A DNA stretch of 63,614 bases, the filler included, from Hyphochytrium catenoides (taxonomy: Eukaryota; Protista; Hyphochytriomycota), in the NCBI GenBank assembly GCA_900088475.1. It is 13 parts of 13 records of this genome, joined end to end, with 100 filler letters (N's around TTAATTAATTAA, not from the genome) between each part and the next. Parts side by side here need not be neighbours in the genome. Positions count along the whole stretch, not along the records: positions 20,826 to 31,099 come from FLMG01004103.1; positions 31,200 to 41,733 come from FLMG01001019.1; 11 more parts are not named here. The stretch is one strand, 5' to 3'. Under the pieces are notes generated by a model. That model worked only from the letters and a program-made list of their open reading frames with translations, ran no database searches and had not been told where the DNA came from. The translations under genes were made by a program, and so were the position numbers. Positions 25,501 to 36,670 of the stretch are shown piece after piece. The first letter of the stretch is position 1. Every line of letters begins with the position of its first letter.

Positions 25501-28500
25501 AGTGAGTACTCATCATAAATGCAAAGAGTCTTCTAGCGAAGCATCGAAATGGAGAGAGAGACTTCCGCGGAAGTTATTTTTCTCCCTTGACTGGGAAATG
25601 CTACATCTCTATTTAGCAAACGTCTTCCTCGCGCTATCTGTCCTATATTCTCTTTCTATGAGTGCTTTGCTCTCTCCGTTTCCCCTCTCCTTTTCTTCTG
25701 CAGCTTCTTACCTCCTAGAGCCTGTACGAGGCCAATAGTAGTGGTGCTCTTCCCCTCTCCCAAAGGTGTGGGAGTGATCCCAGTCATCACGACATAGTGC
25801 CCATCTTTTCTATGCTTGAGCCTCTCCAGGAGAGAGAGCTTTATCTTCGCCTTGTAGTGGCCGTAGAGCTCAGCCTCTGTTGGGAGAATTTGCAGCTCCT
25901 CGATGAGCTCAGCAATGGGCTTTGGCCGGACGGACTGCGCGATCTCAATGTCCGAGGGAACAGGCACTTTGGGAGAAATGTTGAGATATCTGGCAAGTTG
26001 ATGTATGAGACAGAGCAGCGGGGCGAGAGAACGCGAAAGAAAAAGAGACAGAAGAACGGGAGAATATTAGGACGCAAGATAGCAGTACAAAGGCTCCGCA
26101 ACCGAGCTCAGGGAGAGATATCCAAGGAACCAGGGACTCCAGAGAATGGAAGGTCCAAAGTGCCAGCGAAGGATAGCACTGCCAAATAGGAGACAGACAG
26201 CACTGCGAGAGAACTTTGCCCCAGATTATTCATGTAGGCCATTTTTTCAGCGGGATAGATGCCTGGCTTCTATGAATTGCTGAGAGATCTCTTTCTCTTG
26301 AGCACATTCTCTCTCTTAGTCCACAATCACGGAGCTCTCTCTCTCTCTCTCCATCCTCGTTCGTCATACGTTTACCTGATGTCCCAGGTGGATTTCTTCT
26401 CTTTCTCTATCCTGCTTCTAAAGCTGATCATCGTGTTCTCAAGGAGCATTGCCACAGTCATAGGGCCCACTCCTCTGGGGACAGGAGTGATGAGAGAAGC
26501 AACAGAAGCAACCTCATCAAAGTCCACATCTCCCACAAGTCGCTTCCCTGACTTCTTAGTGGGATCTTCAATGCTGTTTATCCCTACATCTACCACGACT
26601 GCGCCAGGCTTGACCCAAGACTAACAGCCGAAGGCATTACAAGGATTAGAGTAATGGTATAACAGGAGGAGAGTCTAGGCTCGAGATAAGAAGACCTTTG
26701 AACAGCAAAGACGAGTATAGGTAAAGGGAGATCCGTTGGTGATAGCCTAGAGCGAGAAGGAAAGAAGAGAAGGAAGCAATGAGAAGAAAGAAAGCAAAAT
26801 GTTTTCAGTCCAACAGATACAAATAACCAAAAGTCCTTCTGTTTAATAAAGCAGATGAAGAGAAAGAAAGAGACGAGAGAGAACGAGTGAGAGAGGAGAA
26901 GAGCCTTCCGCCTTTACTTACCCCTTTCACCATCAATGGCTTTCCTACAGCTACCACAAGGATGTCAGCAGTTCGAGAAACAGAGGGCAGGTCCTCAGTC
27001 TTGGAGTGACAGAGCGTCACCGTGGCGTCCTCCTTCTCTAGAAGAGAGTACAGAGGACGACCGACGATGTTGCTTCTTCCTATTACAACGCAGTGCTTTC
27101 CTTTCAGAGGCACCTGGTAGTGCTTCAGCATCACCATCACTCCCTTGGGGGTGCAGGCAATGAAGGGCGTCTGTTCCGGAGAGGGGTGACAGTAAAAGAA
27201 GGAGAGAGAGAGAGAGACAGAGTGAGAGAGACAGAGAGACACAGACAGAGCGAGCGAGCGAGAGAGAGACACACAAGAGAAGAAAGGAGAGAGAGATACA
27301 GACAGGGACAGACAGGAATGAGGTGCCTATTTAAAGAAACAGCTATTGCTACGAAGTCAATCAACGATGGGGAAAGCACACCTTAGCGATGCGATTCCTT
27401 TGCTATCTACTTCTCTCATCTTTCTTTTCTCTCTCACTGTTTCTTTCTCTCCTAAACTTGTTGCTCGTTTGTGCCTTCTCGCTTCTCATTCCAGCCAATT
27501 CTGTCTCCTTTCCCTCATGTTCGCTCTCTTCCCCTCTCTGTCACCCTTTCCCTAGCTAGAGGAAGCTCTTACCATTTGGTCCTTGAAGAGCTTGCCTACA
27601 TTCACAGAATGAAAGCCGTCAACATCTTTCTGCGGGCTAACAGACTCTGCCACTCTCTCCGCGTCCAGGTGAGCGGGCAAAGGCATTTGCACAAGGATAC
27701 CGTCCACCGAAGGATCATTATTGTACTTCAGCGCAGAAAGAGAGAAAAGAGGAAAAAGGAAAGACAGGAGACAAAGCGAGAACAAAGAGAAGGACTCGTG
27801 TGAGAGAGAGAGAGATACGGAGAAAGATAAGGTCACGCCATGAGATAAGCAAGGGCAAAGAAAAATAGAAAAGAATCAGGAGGAGCCGACAGAAGGTAGG
27901 AGAGAAAGGGGTCGCCAAGAGAGAGATTATGAGCAGCTAGATCTGAATAAAACGTCGGCAACCACGACCTCCTCAGAGGCAAAGATTCAGATAAGAAGAA
28001 GAGTTATGGTCTGCACACATGGACTATTCACATGAAACGAGAGGAGAGAGGCTGACTATGTCTAATTTCTCTCTCTCTCTCTCTCTCTCTCTTCTCCCCC
28101 GAAATCTCTCTCTTCTCCGTCTTTCTCAGAGTGCAGAACTGTTTCTTACATCTTGAATGGCCTCAATAACCTCCTGGTTGGTCGTAGACGCAGGAAAGAC
28201 GCGATGCTCAAACAGCATCCCACCCTGGGGGAGAGAGGGAGAGGGAGAGATACATTCAGAGAAACGTGGACACAAAGGAAAGGGACACACACGACAGAAG
28301 ATGCAAGCATGAAAGGTAAAGAAACGTTGTCCACGGAAGAAGAGGAACGTTGGGATACTTAGAAGGACGAAAAGGAGAAATTTGAGAGAGAGACGGAGAG
28401 AGGGAGGCATAGGAGCGTCAGGTGGATAACTGACCTTCTCAGCTGCTTGTCTCTTCATCCTGATATAGACATTAGAGTCCTCTCTGTCGCCAACCTACAC

Positions 28501-28820
28501 GTCGCCATGAGCGTATGACGGAGAGATGTTGGTGTGAAAACTACAGCCAGGGTTATTATGCAGAGACTGGAGAGAGGCGAAGACCAGAAGAAGATGAGTG
28601 GGGAGAGAAGAGAAGAGACATGGGAGAAAGGTTGATCGATTGAAGAGCCAGCGAAGGAGAGTGGCCATAGGCTTCAAGAGCTGGAACACCCTTCTCGCAC
28701 CTGAACAACGACCAACTTAGGTGTGAGAGACGGGAAGTCTTCCTTGATTGCCTGAACCTCCTTCTTTAGCTCGTCACGGAGGCACTCGGCCAAGTCCGTG
28801 CCAATCATTAGAGTGGCCAT
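22507..28820 (-). CDS. MTHFD1: Trifunctional C1-tetrahydrofolate synthase (methylene-THF dehydrogenase/cyclohydrolase fused to formyl-THF synthetase), complete, 13 exons, ~940 aa
   Basis: Exons 28820-28701, 28494-28435, 28224-28150, 27725-27573, 27170-26922, 26620-26376, 25989-25712, 25474-25377, 25108-24774, 24482-24325, 23855-23567, 23428-23255 and 23095-22507 are all GT-AG and phase-consistent (2823 nt). Motifs include [70 protein letters not shown] and TMPGLPTRP. Confidence 0.97.
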
Positions 28821-29035
28821 GGCTCTCGTCCTAACAACTCTGCGGTCCTATCGATCAAGGAAGTGAGCCTCAGACCGCTGATGCTGAACGGAGGAGACTA
28901 ACCTGTCTTGGCCTGGGCTTCCCGCCGTCTTGTCAGATGGTGCAGTGCTATGAAGTGCGGGCTTCAACGTCTTGCACGGCTCGCTCTTTCTGGCTCATCA
29001 TGTCCCCTTTTATCTCTTCCATTGTTTCCCTCGCT

Positions 29036-29070
<35 letters not shown>

Positions 29071-29116
29071 NNNNNNNNNNNNNNNNNNCTCTCTCTCGCT
29101 CTCGCTCTCGCTCTCG

Positions 29117-29148
<32 letters not shown>

Positions 29149-29831
29149 CTCCGCGAAAGGCAGGCATCATGGTCATCACATCATCAAGCCAGCCGCCAAC
29201 CTCAACCATATCGACCAGGCATCTCGAGCCTTAACCCGGGTTAGAGCCGCTTATTACAGTAACAACCTTTACCATGAGTCAATAGACCCGGGATTAGTGA
29301 AAGTTTCTTACTAGAACACTGAGAGCTGTACTCCGTTGCACTCGAGTATAGGGCAATAGGCAGATGTAGTTTTGGCCACCACTTTAGGGAGATACGACCC
29401 GGGTACGGTACCTCCCGAATATCAAATCCAGATTGAGAGAGCAGTATTGATTATCATGCACTGGTTATCGCTTTCCTTGGATTCGATACTGTTTGTGAAG
29501 GTGAAATCTCTTTTCTGTGGGTTTGTGGCGGAGCTCGAAGTGAAGCTTTCTTATAGAGATTCTGAAGGGCGATAACAGAGCTCGCTGCCGATAGAGAGGC
29601 CGATTGAGAGCGGGAGGCAAAGGAGCTTTCTTCTGGACAAGGGAGGATCATAGTCAGCAGAGTGGGGATTGTAAGCCGTAGTTTTGTCTCTAGAAGGAGA
29701 GATGTCCTGAGAACGGACGGGAAAGGCTCAAACCTTCATCGGCAGAACGGAACGGGAAAGGTTCAAGTTATTGGGAGGACAGACCGTCACAAGCGACCTT
29801 ACGGCTGCGGTGTAGACAAAAATAAGGAAAG

Positions 29832-30863
29832 ATGTCTGCCGCCATCGAGCAGGTCAGGCATCATTGAGCAGCTGTTACTAGTTCCTTGTTGTTCGCAGTT
29901 TCCTTCGCCGCTCAAATGCCTATGATTTCGATCCATTTCTTTATGACTCCATCACTGAGCAGTCCTGGCCCACTTCACGTGATCTGCCTTTTGGCAGAGG
30001 CAGTTTGAGGTGGTGACGTGGAATGGCTAGCTGTAACCATCTTTGGACTAATCGCCTTCTGTTGTCTTGTTGCACAGAGAAACCAAGACGCCACTTGCTA
30101 TGTAGGAAACTTGGGAGACACAGTGACGGAGGAGCTCCTCTGGGAACTGATGGTGCAGGTACACACCGCCACCAGCATTATTGCTCTGATCCATTTTCTT
30201 AAGCAAAGCTTTGCTTCTTCATTGGGTTGCCTTTCTGAGAGGGAACGGGGACTGTCCTTTCTTCCCTAGTGCACCGGTGTCCTTTTAGAGGAGACTCGAT
30301 GTGGGGGACCGCGTAGGCCTTGAAGAGGCGGCGTTCTCTATCTCTGTACCTGGCGTCTCGTATAGTTCTAGTCAAGTCGTCTAGGCCACTAACTCTAGCT
30401 CTTCGAGAGAGCTCTATCCTTGTCTTTTTAGAGTGCTTTGCCAGTTACCTGACACCGCCGTGCTTGCCCCCTTAGGCAGGACCCGTAATGAATGTCCACA
30501 TGCCGAAGGACAAAGTAACGGGCTCCTACCAGGTAAAGCGAAAGTGTTGTCTCGCTCTCTCACCATGCGCTCACAGTCTTTCTTCCTCTCCGAGTATCTC
30601 CAAATCCTTTTGCAGCCGTATACAGCTGAAAGCACCTCGTCTTGTAGCTCTTTCTTCTAAGACCTACAGCTCTTCTCCTTGTTTCGGGGCGAGACGTTGT
30701 CTGATTCTTCACTGATCTGATGGTCGCCTCCTGCTGCTGCGATGCTATCTAGGGCTACGGCTTCGTAGAGTTCCGTAGCGAGGATGATGCCGAATACGCT
30801 ATCAAGATTATGAATATGATTTCTCTCTATGGCAAGCCCATCAGGGTGAATAAAGCATCTCAG
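29832..30863 (+). CDS. SF3B4: Splicing factor 3B subunit 4 (SAP49/Hsh49), first four exons (RRM1); truncated by linker
   Basis: Exons 29832-29852, 30078-30158, 30476-30532 and 30753-30863 give MSAAIEQ|[27 protein letters not shown]|[19 protein letters not shown]|[37 protein letters not shown]. Confidence 0.96.
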
Positions 30864-31199
30864 GTAGGATGCGTTCCTCTCCGCAATTGCTCTCAGTTCG
30901 GGCGGCGTGTTGTCAGCAGATCCATCTACGTGTTGCCAGCAGATCCATCCTACTTCTACCCCCACTGAGCTCTTTCCCTCGGCCATGCACGTCATGAACC
31001 ATGTGTAGCTGGCAGCGGCTATCCATTTTGTCCTCATTTATCCCTTCCTTCCCTGGACAGCTCACGCGAAGTACTTTTTGTGATGGCTCAGGCATGGGGN
31101 NNNNNNNNNNNNNNNNNNNNNNNNNNNNNNNNNNNNNNNNNNNTTAATTAATTAANNNNNNNNNNNNNNNNNNNNNNNNNNNNNNNNNNNNNNNNNNNN

Positions 31200-31232
<33 letters not shown>

Positions 31233-31759
31233 CTCTACATGTTGCAGCCATCTGCTCTGCCTCTTTCCTTCTCTCTCTCCGACGTCACTAGATCAAAGAG
31301 ATTCAAGGGTAGATAACAGTGTAGGAGCAGACACATCACTGTGGGCTCGTCACACAGATGGCGGCGCCAGAAAGAGAGAGCGCCTAGAACTACACAGCAA
31401 AGGCCGCAGACAGATCATGAGAGCAGCAGCCGTGAGCTTCACCTCTTTCTTGACCTCTTCATCGCCTCAGGCAGCAAAAACTTTTTCAAACTCTCTTCCT
31501 TAAATCTATTTTGTTCATTTCCTTCTCTTTTTCTCTTTCTCTCTTCACCCTCTCACTGTCTCTTTCCTATTTATATCCTCTCTCTGTCTGTCTTCTCCTT
31601 GCAGCTCTCCTGGGGCGGCAGGAGTGAGGACGATTCCTTAACTTAAGCCTGACCTTAGCAACAGCCTCTTCAAGATAATTGCTCTTATCCACTGAGAGAG
31701 AGAAAGAGCGAGAGAGAGAGAGAGAGAGTGCCCGGCTGTCTCTCCTCAGTTAGGTCACC

Positions 31760-34401
31760 ATGGCAAGCTCCTGCCTCGACACATTTGGTAGCTACTTCGG
31801 GACGCTGCCAGGAGGCGCTGAAGGGGCAAAGGAGTACTGCGAATGCACTGAGAAGGGAGGAGAAGCTGCAGAGGCGTGCAGTGACAAGCTTTTGGGAAGC
31901 TTCTGTGAGGCAAATGCCGGGGTTGGTGGGTTGGTCAAGGACCCCAAGGCTTACTGTCAGTGTGTGCTGAAGAATGTCCAGGGCTTTGGCGTGTCAACCC
32001 CTGGCTCTGTCAATGATGTGAGCAACTGGATGATGGAATGTTTGAATGCAGCAAACAGTGGGAAAAAAAACTCCTCTGGGTCCGCGTCTTCTTCTTCTCC
32101 GGACAGCAGTGCCGGAGGGCTCTCTACCGCTGCTCTTGCGGGCATTATCAGTGGAGGCGTAGTCCTTCTCCTTCTGTTGATCTACTGTCTTCTTCCTCGA
32201 AAAAGAGTAGTGAGGAGGCAAAGGGAGTCAAAGTCCATCGTAGACGAGGGAGTGGAGAAGATCCATCTGCAGCGTGGAGGTGAAGAGAGCGGGCTGTACA
32301 CGCCGGAGTATGTCTATCATCAGCAGAAGCAAGAACCGGCAATGGTAGACTATAATGTCGGAGTCATGCTGCACCAAACAGGAGAAGAACAGGTAAGCAA
32401 GAGGAGCAGGTGTGAATGGGGAACCACACGTAGATGAAGCCAAGAAGAGGGACCAAGCAGAGAGAGAGAGAAAGGGAGGGAAGGGAAGGAAAGGGAAAGA
32501 CCTTGACGTCCTCCTAGATATCCTGCCTGCACTTGTTCTCACTATTATTTCCTATTCTCTCCTACGCTGAAGAATTTTCCTCATTCGCTGTCAGTGCTCA
32601 TCTACTTTCTTATCATCCTCTCTCCGTTTCTGACCGTCAGGCTTGTTCTCGCCGGTCCGATGTAGTTAGTGCTTCCTCCTAATTATTCTGTTTCCTATTT
32701 TGCTCTAATGTGCAGGTACCATCTGCCCCTTCGCCCATCGCCGTCCGCCTGATGGGCCAAGTTGTCCATCAATCCTGCGCAACGCCTCCTCTGCCTCCTT
32801 CATACAATACCTCTGGGCCTCTGTCATCTCTCTCGGGATCTTATACCACGGCTGTTGAGGGTCACGGACCATCTGCTCCCCTTAACGCCGGCACTGGTTC
32901 TTCCACATCCGTTTCCTCCACTTTCTTGCCAGTGCAGCATACTTCTCCTCCTTCCTCTAGCTCTACTTCTTATACGTCCTCGTCTCCCAGCTCCCATTCT
33001 TCCTACCCTTCTTTTCCCTCCTCAGGGGCGCCTGTCGGTATTTCAGTCTCTTCTGCTACTTCGGAAGCCCAGTTTCTAGCTCCCTCTTCATCTACCTCTC
33101 CTTCTTCTTCCCGGTCACCTCCTATCCACGCTAGGTCACAGCGCTTCTGTTCTACGTGTGGGGCTCGTCTTGGAGAGGAATGCGTCGTCTTCTGTCCTTC
33201 CTGTGGGGAGAGACTGAATGATCCGCTTCCATCTGACTCTTCTTCTACATCGTCCCATGCGGTCGCTGAGCCTCTTGTCCTTTCTTCTCCGGTGGTAAAC
33301 TCTGTCCCACATTTCTTGGTAGACAACATTGGCTCTGTTCCCGTTTCTTCCTTGTCTGGATCTTCCTCTCGTCCAGCAAGAAGCGTAGGAGGAGGACCGT
33401 CCACAACGGGGCTAGTAGGTAGAGAGAGGATGAGAGAGAGGAAAAGAGCGGTGAAGAGAGAGGAGAAGGAGAGAAGAGACGTACATCGAAAAAGGGAGTT
33501 CATCTCTAGGAACATAGAGGGAGATGAAGGAGAGGAGCTACTAGAGGATAGCGGACTTGTTGATAACGCTTACGCGAGGAAACAGCGCCTCCTAGACCGC
33601 TACGTGGAAGGAGGAAATCAAGATATTCTCTCTCTCTCGGGTTTGGATGACACGACCTACGAAGCTAGAGTCCGAAGGAAGAAGGACTTCATCTCCCAGC
33701 ACGTCGAGGAGGAAGAGAAGCGAGACCTCAACAGAGAAGAAGATATACTACAGATAAGCGAACTGCATGACAGAGACTACACAGAGCGACTTAAAAGGAA
33801 AGAAAGGCTTATCTCTCGGCACCTGGACGGAGAAGAGGGAGACAGAATCCTTGCAGAAAGTGGTCTTCAAGACATGAGAGAGATAAGAGGAAGAAATCCA
33901 ATAGAGCTACAAGACGATAATGGTAGGCAAAGGGCGCCGGGAGGAGGAAGGAGAGGAGACCAAGCACTAGCGGCGGCGAAAGGGACTCTACAGCACACAA
34001 AGGGAGAAAGAAGCAAGGATTATGCCGCAGCGTCGGCACCGTCAATGGATGGGGCTTATTCATCAAGAGGAGGACCAGATGAGCGCTCAAGAGGAGGAAT
34101 GGCTCTTGCTGTTCCCCATCATGCTCCTTCGTCATCGCCCACATCTCGTCCATCCTCTGGTGCAGACTTAGGCAGCGTCAGTAGAAAAAAGAGAGAGAAC
34201 CTTGCGCGCCAAGTGCAAGGAGGCAAAAAGAGCTCCACGACCTCGACTACTGGGAAAGCTGCGACGCTAAAGAAGAAGGAAAAAACGACGACAAAGACAA
34301 GAACGGATCCGTACGACGAGGCCACAGCTCCCTCTTTTCATAAGAAAGAAGAGGTGGTTGATCGGTTCTCCATTGATGAAACAGTAGAATATGAGATGTA
34401 A
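31760..34401 (+). CDS. Unknown single-pass membrane protein (~772 aa, 2 exons): Cys-rich N-terminal domain, TM helix, Ser/Pro-rich linker, zinc ribbon, 4x charged repeat
   Basis: Exons 31760-32392 (CAG|GTAAGC donor) and 32716-34401 (CTAAT...TGCAG acceptor) join at phase 0. The TM segment AALAGIISGGVVLLLLLIYCLL is followed by PRKR. The zinc ribbon reads FCSTCGARLGEECVVFCPSCGERL. Confidence 0.8.
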
Positions 34402-35551
34402 GCTTGACGGAGGAGAGAAAAGGGAAGAATGCTAGACTTATTGTTGACTGTTAGTTCTTTGCTCTCTCCACGTACCACCGTACGATCTATGCCATATAAT
34501 TTTTCAGATCTATTACGTCCAAGGATAGAAATAGCAGGAGACTCAACCTACGAGGGCCCAGCTAGCTGAGGGACACACAGGTGCTCTCAAAACCATCACT
34601 CCTGGCACAACGTCATCCAAGACCCAGCTGAGAAGCAGCCCGGCTGCCGTGGTAATAAGAGTGAGAGCTCAGACATTATCAAGTGACATTGCTGAGGCTC
34701 CATCGAGCCAATGCACGAGCTTGGAGGCGGAGCTACTATTCTTAGGCTCGCACTGCCGTGCTCCTACGACTCTTGAAGTTCAGTTCAAGGACAAAGCTCT
34801 TTTCCTTCTCTTCGTCTGGATGCCCAGTCCTTGTCAAAATGACCGAGACCGTGGCCACGCTCATGAGAAGGGCTAGGTGGCTCTCTCCGTTGCTCCCACC
34901 GTAGTCTCGCTTGCGTTTTGCCATGTTTGTCGCGCTGGATTAGGTCTACAAGTTCTTAGTCCGAAGTGGTTCTGTTCTCTAGCTTGATCCTCAGGAACAT
35001 CATTTGGTCTCCATTCTGCTTTGTTCATAGGGCAAGTCTTAATATGGCTTGACTGGTGGCACCGTTGAAGGTGAAATTGAGAGAGAGAAAAGATAGAGGG
35101 GAGGTTGGAAGGTGCCAGATGTATTTGGCATGCTGCTACTGGATGTTGAATTGTGCAGGTAGGTTAGGCTGCTGATATGCTGGACGCTGAAAGGAAGATG
35201 ATGATGTCAGGGCACTCTGCGGCCATGTCTGGACTGCGAAGGGCCTACGCCAGTTCCATCAATGCGATGATATCTGCTGCGCTTATGAACTTGGTTGGCG
35301 CTAACGCTCTGTCGCTGCTGCCGGAGTGATCTCAAGCCGCGATGAACGGCGCTTATATATCTGCACTCCTCCATTGATGCCCTGAGACGTAGAAGGCGAG
35401 GGTTGACGAAAGATCATGCCTCGTCCCCTGTGCTGTCTGCTGGCATTATCTGAGAGTTCTCTAGCTTCAAAAGTGTCTTCGTAAACGGTCTCCGGGTAGT
35501 GTGACAAAGGAGTCCATAGAGTCTAGAACAACTTAGGCGAAAGACAGAGCC

Positions 35552-36670
35552 TCAAGCCTTCGGCGGGAGCTCAAGTACTCTCACGCGGCTCTTGATAAGA
35601 ACACAATCTGCGGGATACTTCGTTGCAAGGTAAGCGATTCTAAGCATCAAAGCCAGGATCGTAAGACCTCGGTTGATGCAGAACTCCAAGAGAGAGAAGC
35701 TCCACCTTGACTTTTCCTTCAGCTCGTGCTCTTCATCTTCCGTCATAAGGCCATGAACTAAGTTAAGTCGATAGTAGCACATGTGCGTCGGCACTCGCGC
35801 ATAGTAGAGAACCAGCGTGGAGCCGAGGAAAGCGCATCCTATCCAGAAGAGGCTCGTCCCAAGCCTTTTCCTTGCAAAGCTCGGATAGCTGTCATATACC
35901 AGGAAGCTTGAAAGTCTAAGAAAGGCATTGACAGCGTACAGCACTGCAGACAACCGGAAGCAGAATAAGGAAATGATGGAGAAAGCAAACAATGCCAGCT
36001 CTGCCAGAAAGATTGCACCGTCAAAGGTCCTTAAGGAGCGCTTCAGAAGCCAGAAGTTCATTACGATAGCCAGTCGTAGCGCCTCAATAGTGCTGGTGAG
36101 GATCAAGATTGCTGCTAAGCCAGCCCGTTGCGACTCCTGGAGATCAAGAGCAATGAAGAGATATGTCGCTAGAATGTTTATAACGTTCATGAACACGCCG
36201 AGGCGAGACCATACAGCTCTCCGCTGCCAGCACCAGCGGTACACCGTGCTTCCTAGGTATCTCTCCATGGCCGTAGTGTTGCTTTGACTCTGTGTCAGCT
36301 CGACGTAGGAGAGTAGAGACACCATGACTCGCCTCTTCTCTCTTGGGCGCCCCTGGCTGCTGATAGAGCTGTCGTCGGCACTATTAGCCATCAGACTCAC
36401 GACCTGCCCTCTACCCTTGGCCTTGACTACAGCTGTCCCATCGCGCACCTTCAGTGCGTCATCGATCTGAGCGCGTAGCCGTAGCAAAGATGAGTATGAA
36501 GACTCGTCCAGCTGCCGTCCCATCTGCAGGGACTCGACTAACGGCTCACATAGCTCTGGAATGGTCCGCCGTTCTGCCTCTGTAGTAGCATGTTCTGCCG
36601 TGGAAGAAGAGGAGGAGGCGGCCATCATCCCGCGAAGGGCACTTTGCCGTCTAACCACGGGAAGCAGCAC
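35552..36670 (-). CDS. Intronless multipass membrane protein of unknown function (start more likely at the internal MM)
   Basis: 372-aa high-complexity ORF with about 6 hydrophobic helices in its C-terminal two thirds. Confidence 0.75.
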   Translation of the reverse strand: MLLPVVRRQSALRGMMAASSSSSTAEHATTEAERRTIPELCEPLVESLQMGRQLDESSYSSLLRLRAQIDDALKVRDGTAVVKAKGRGQVVSLMANSADDSSISSQGRPREKRRVMVSLLSYVELTQSQSNTTAMERYLGSTVYRWCWQRRAVWSRLGVFMNVINILATYLFIALDLQESQRAGLAAILILTSTIEALRLAIVMNFWLLKRSLRTFDGAIFLAELALFAFSIISLFCFRLSAVLYAVNAFLRLSSFLVYDSYPSFARKRLGTSLFWIGCAFLGSTLVLYYARVPTHMCYYRLNLVHGLMTEDEEHELKEKSRWSFSLLEFCINRGLTILALMLRIAYLATKYPADCVLIKSRVRVLELPPKA

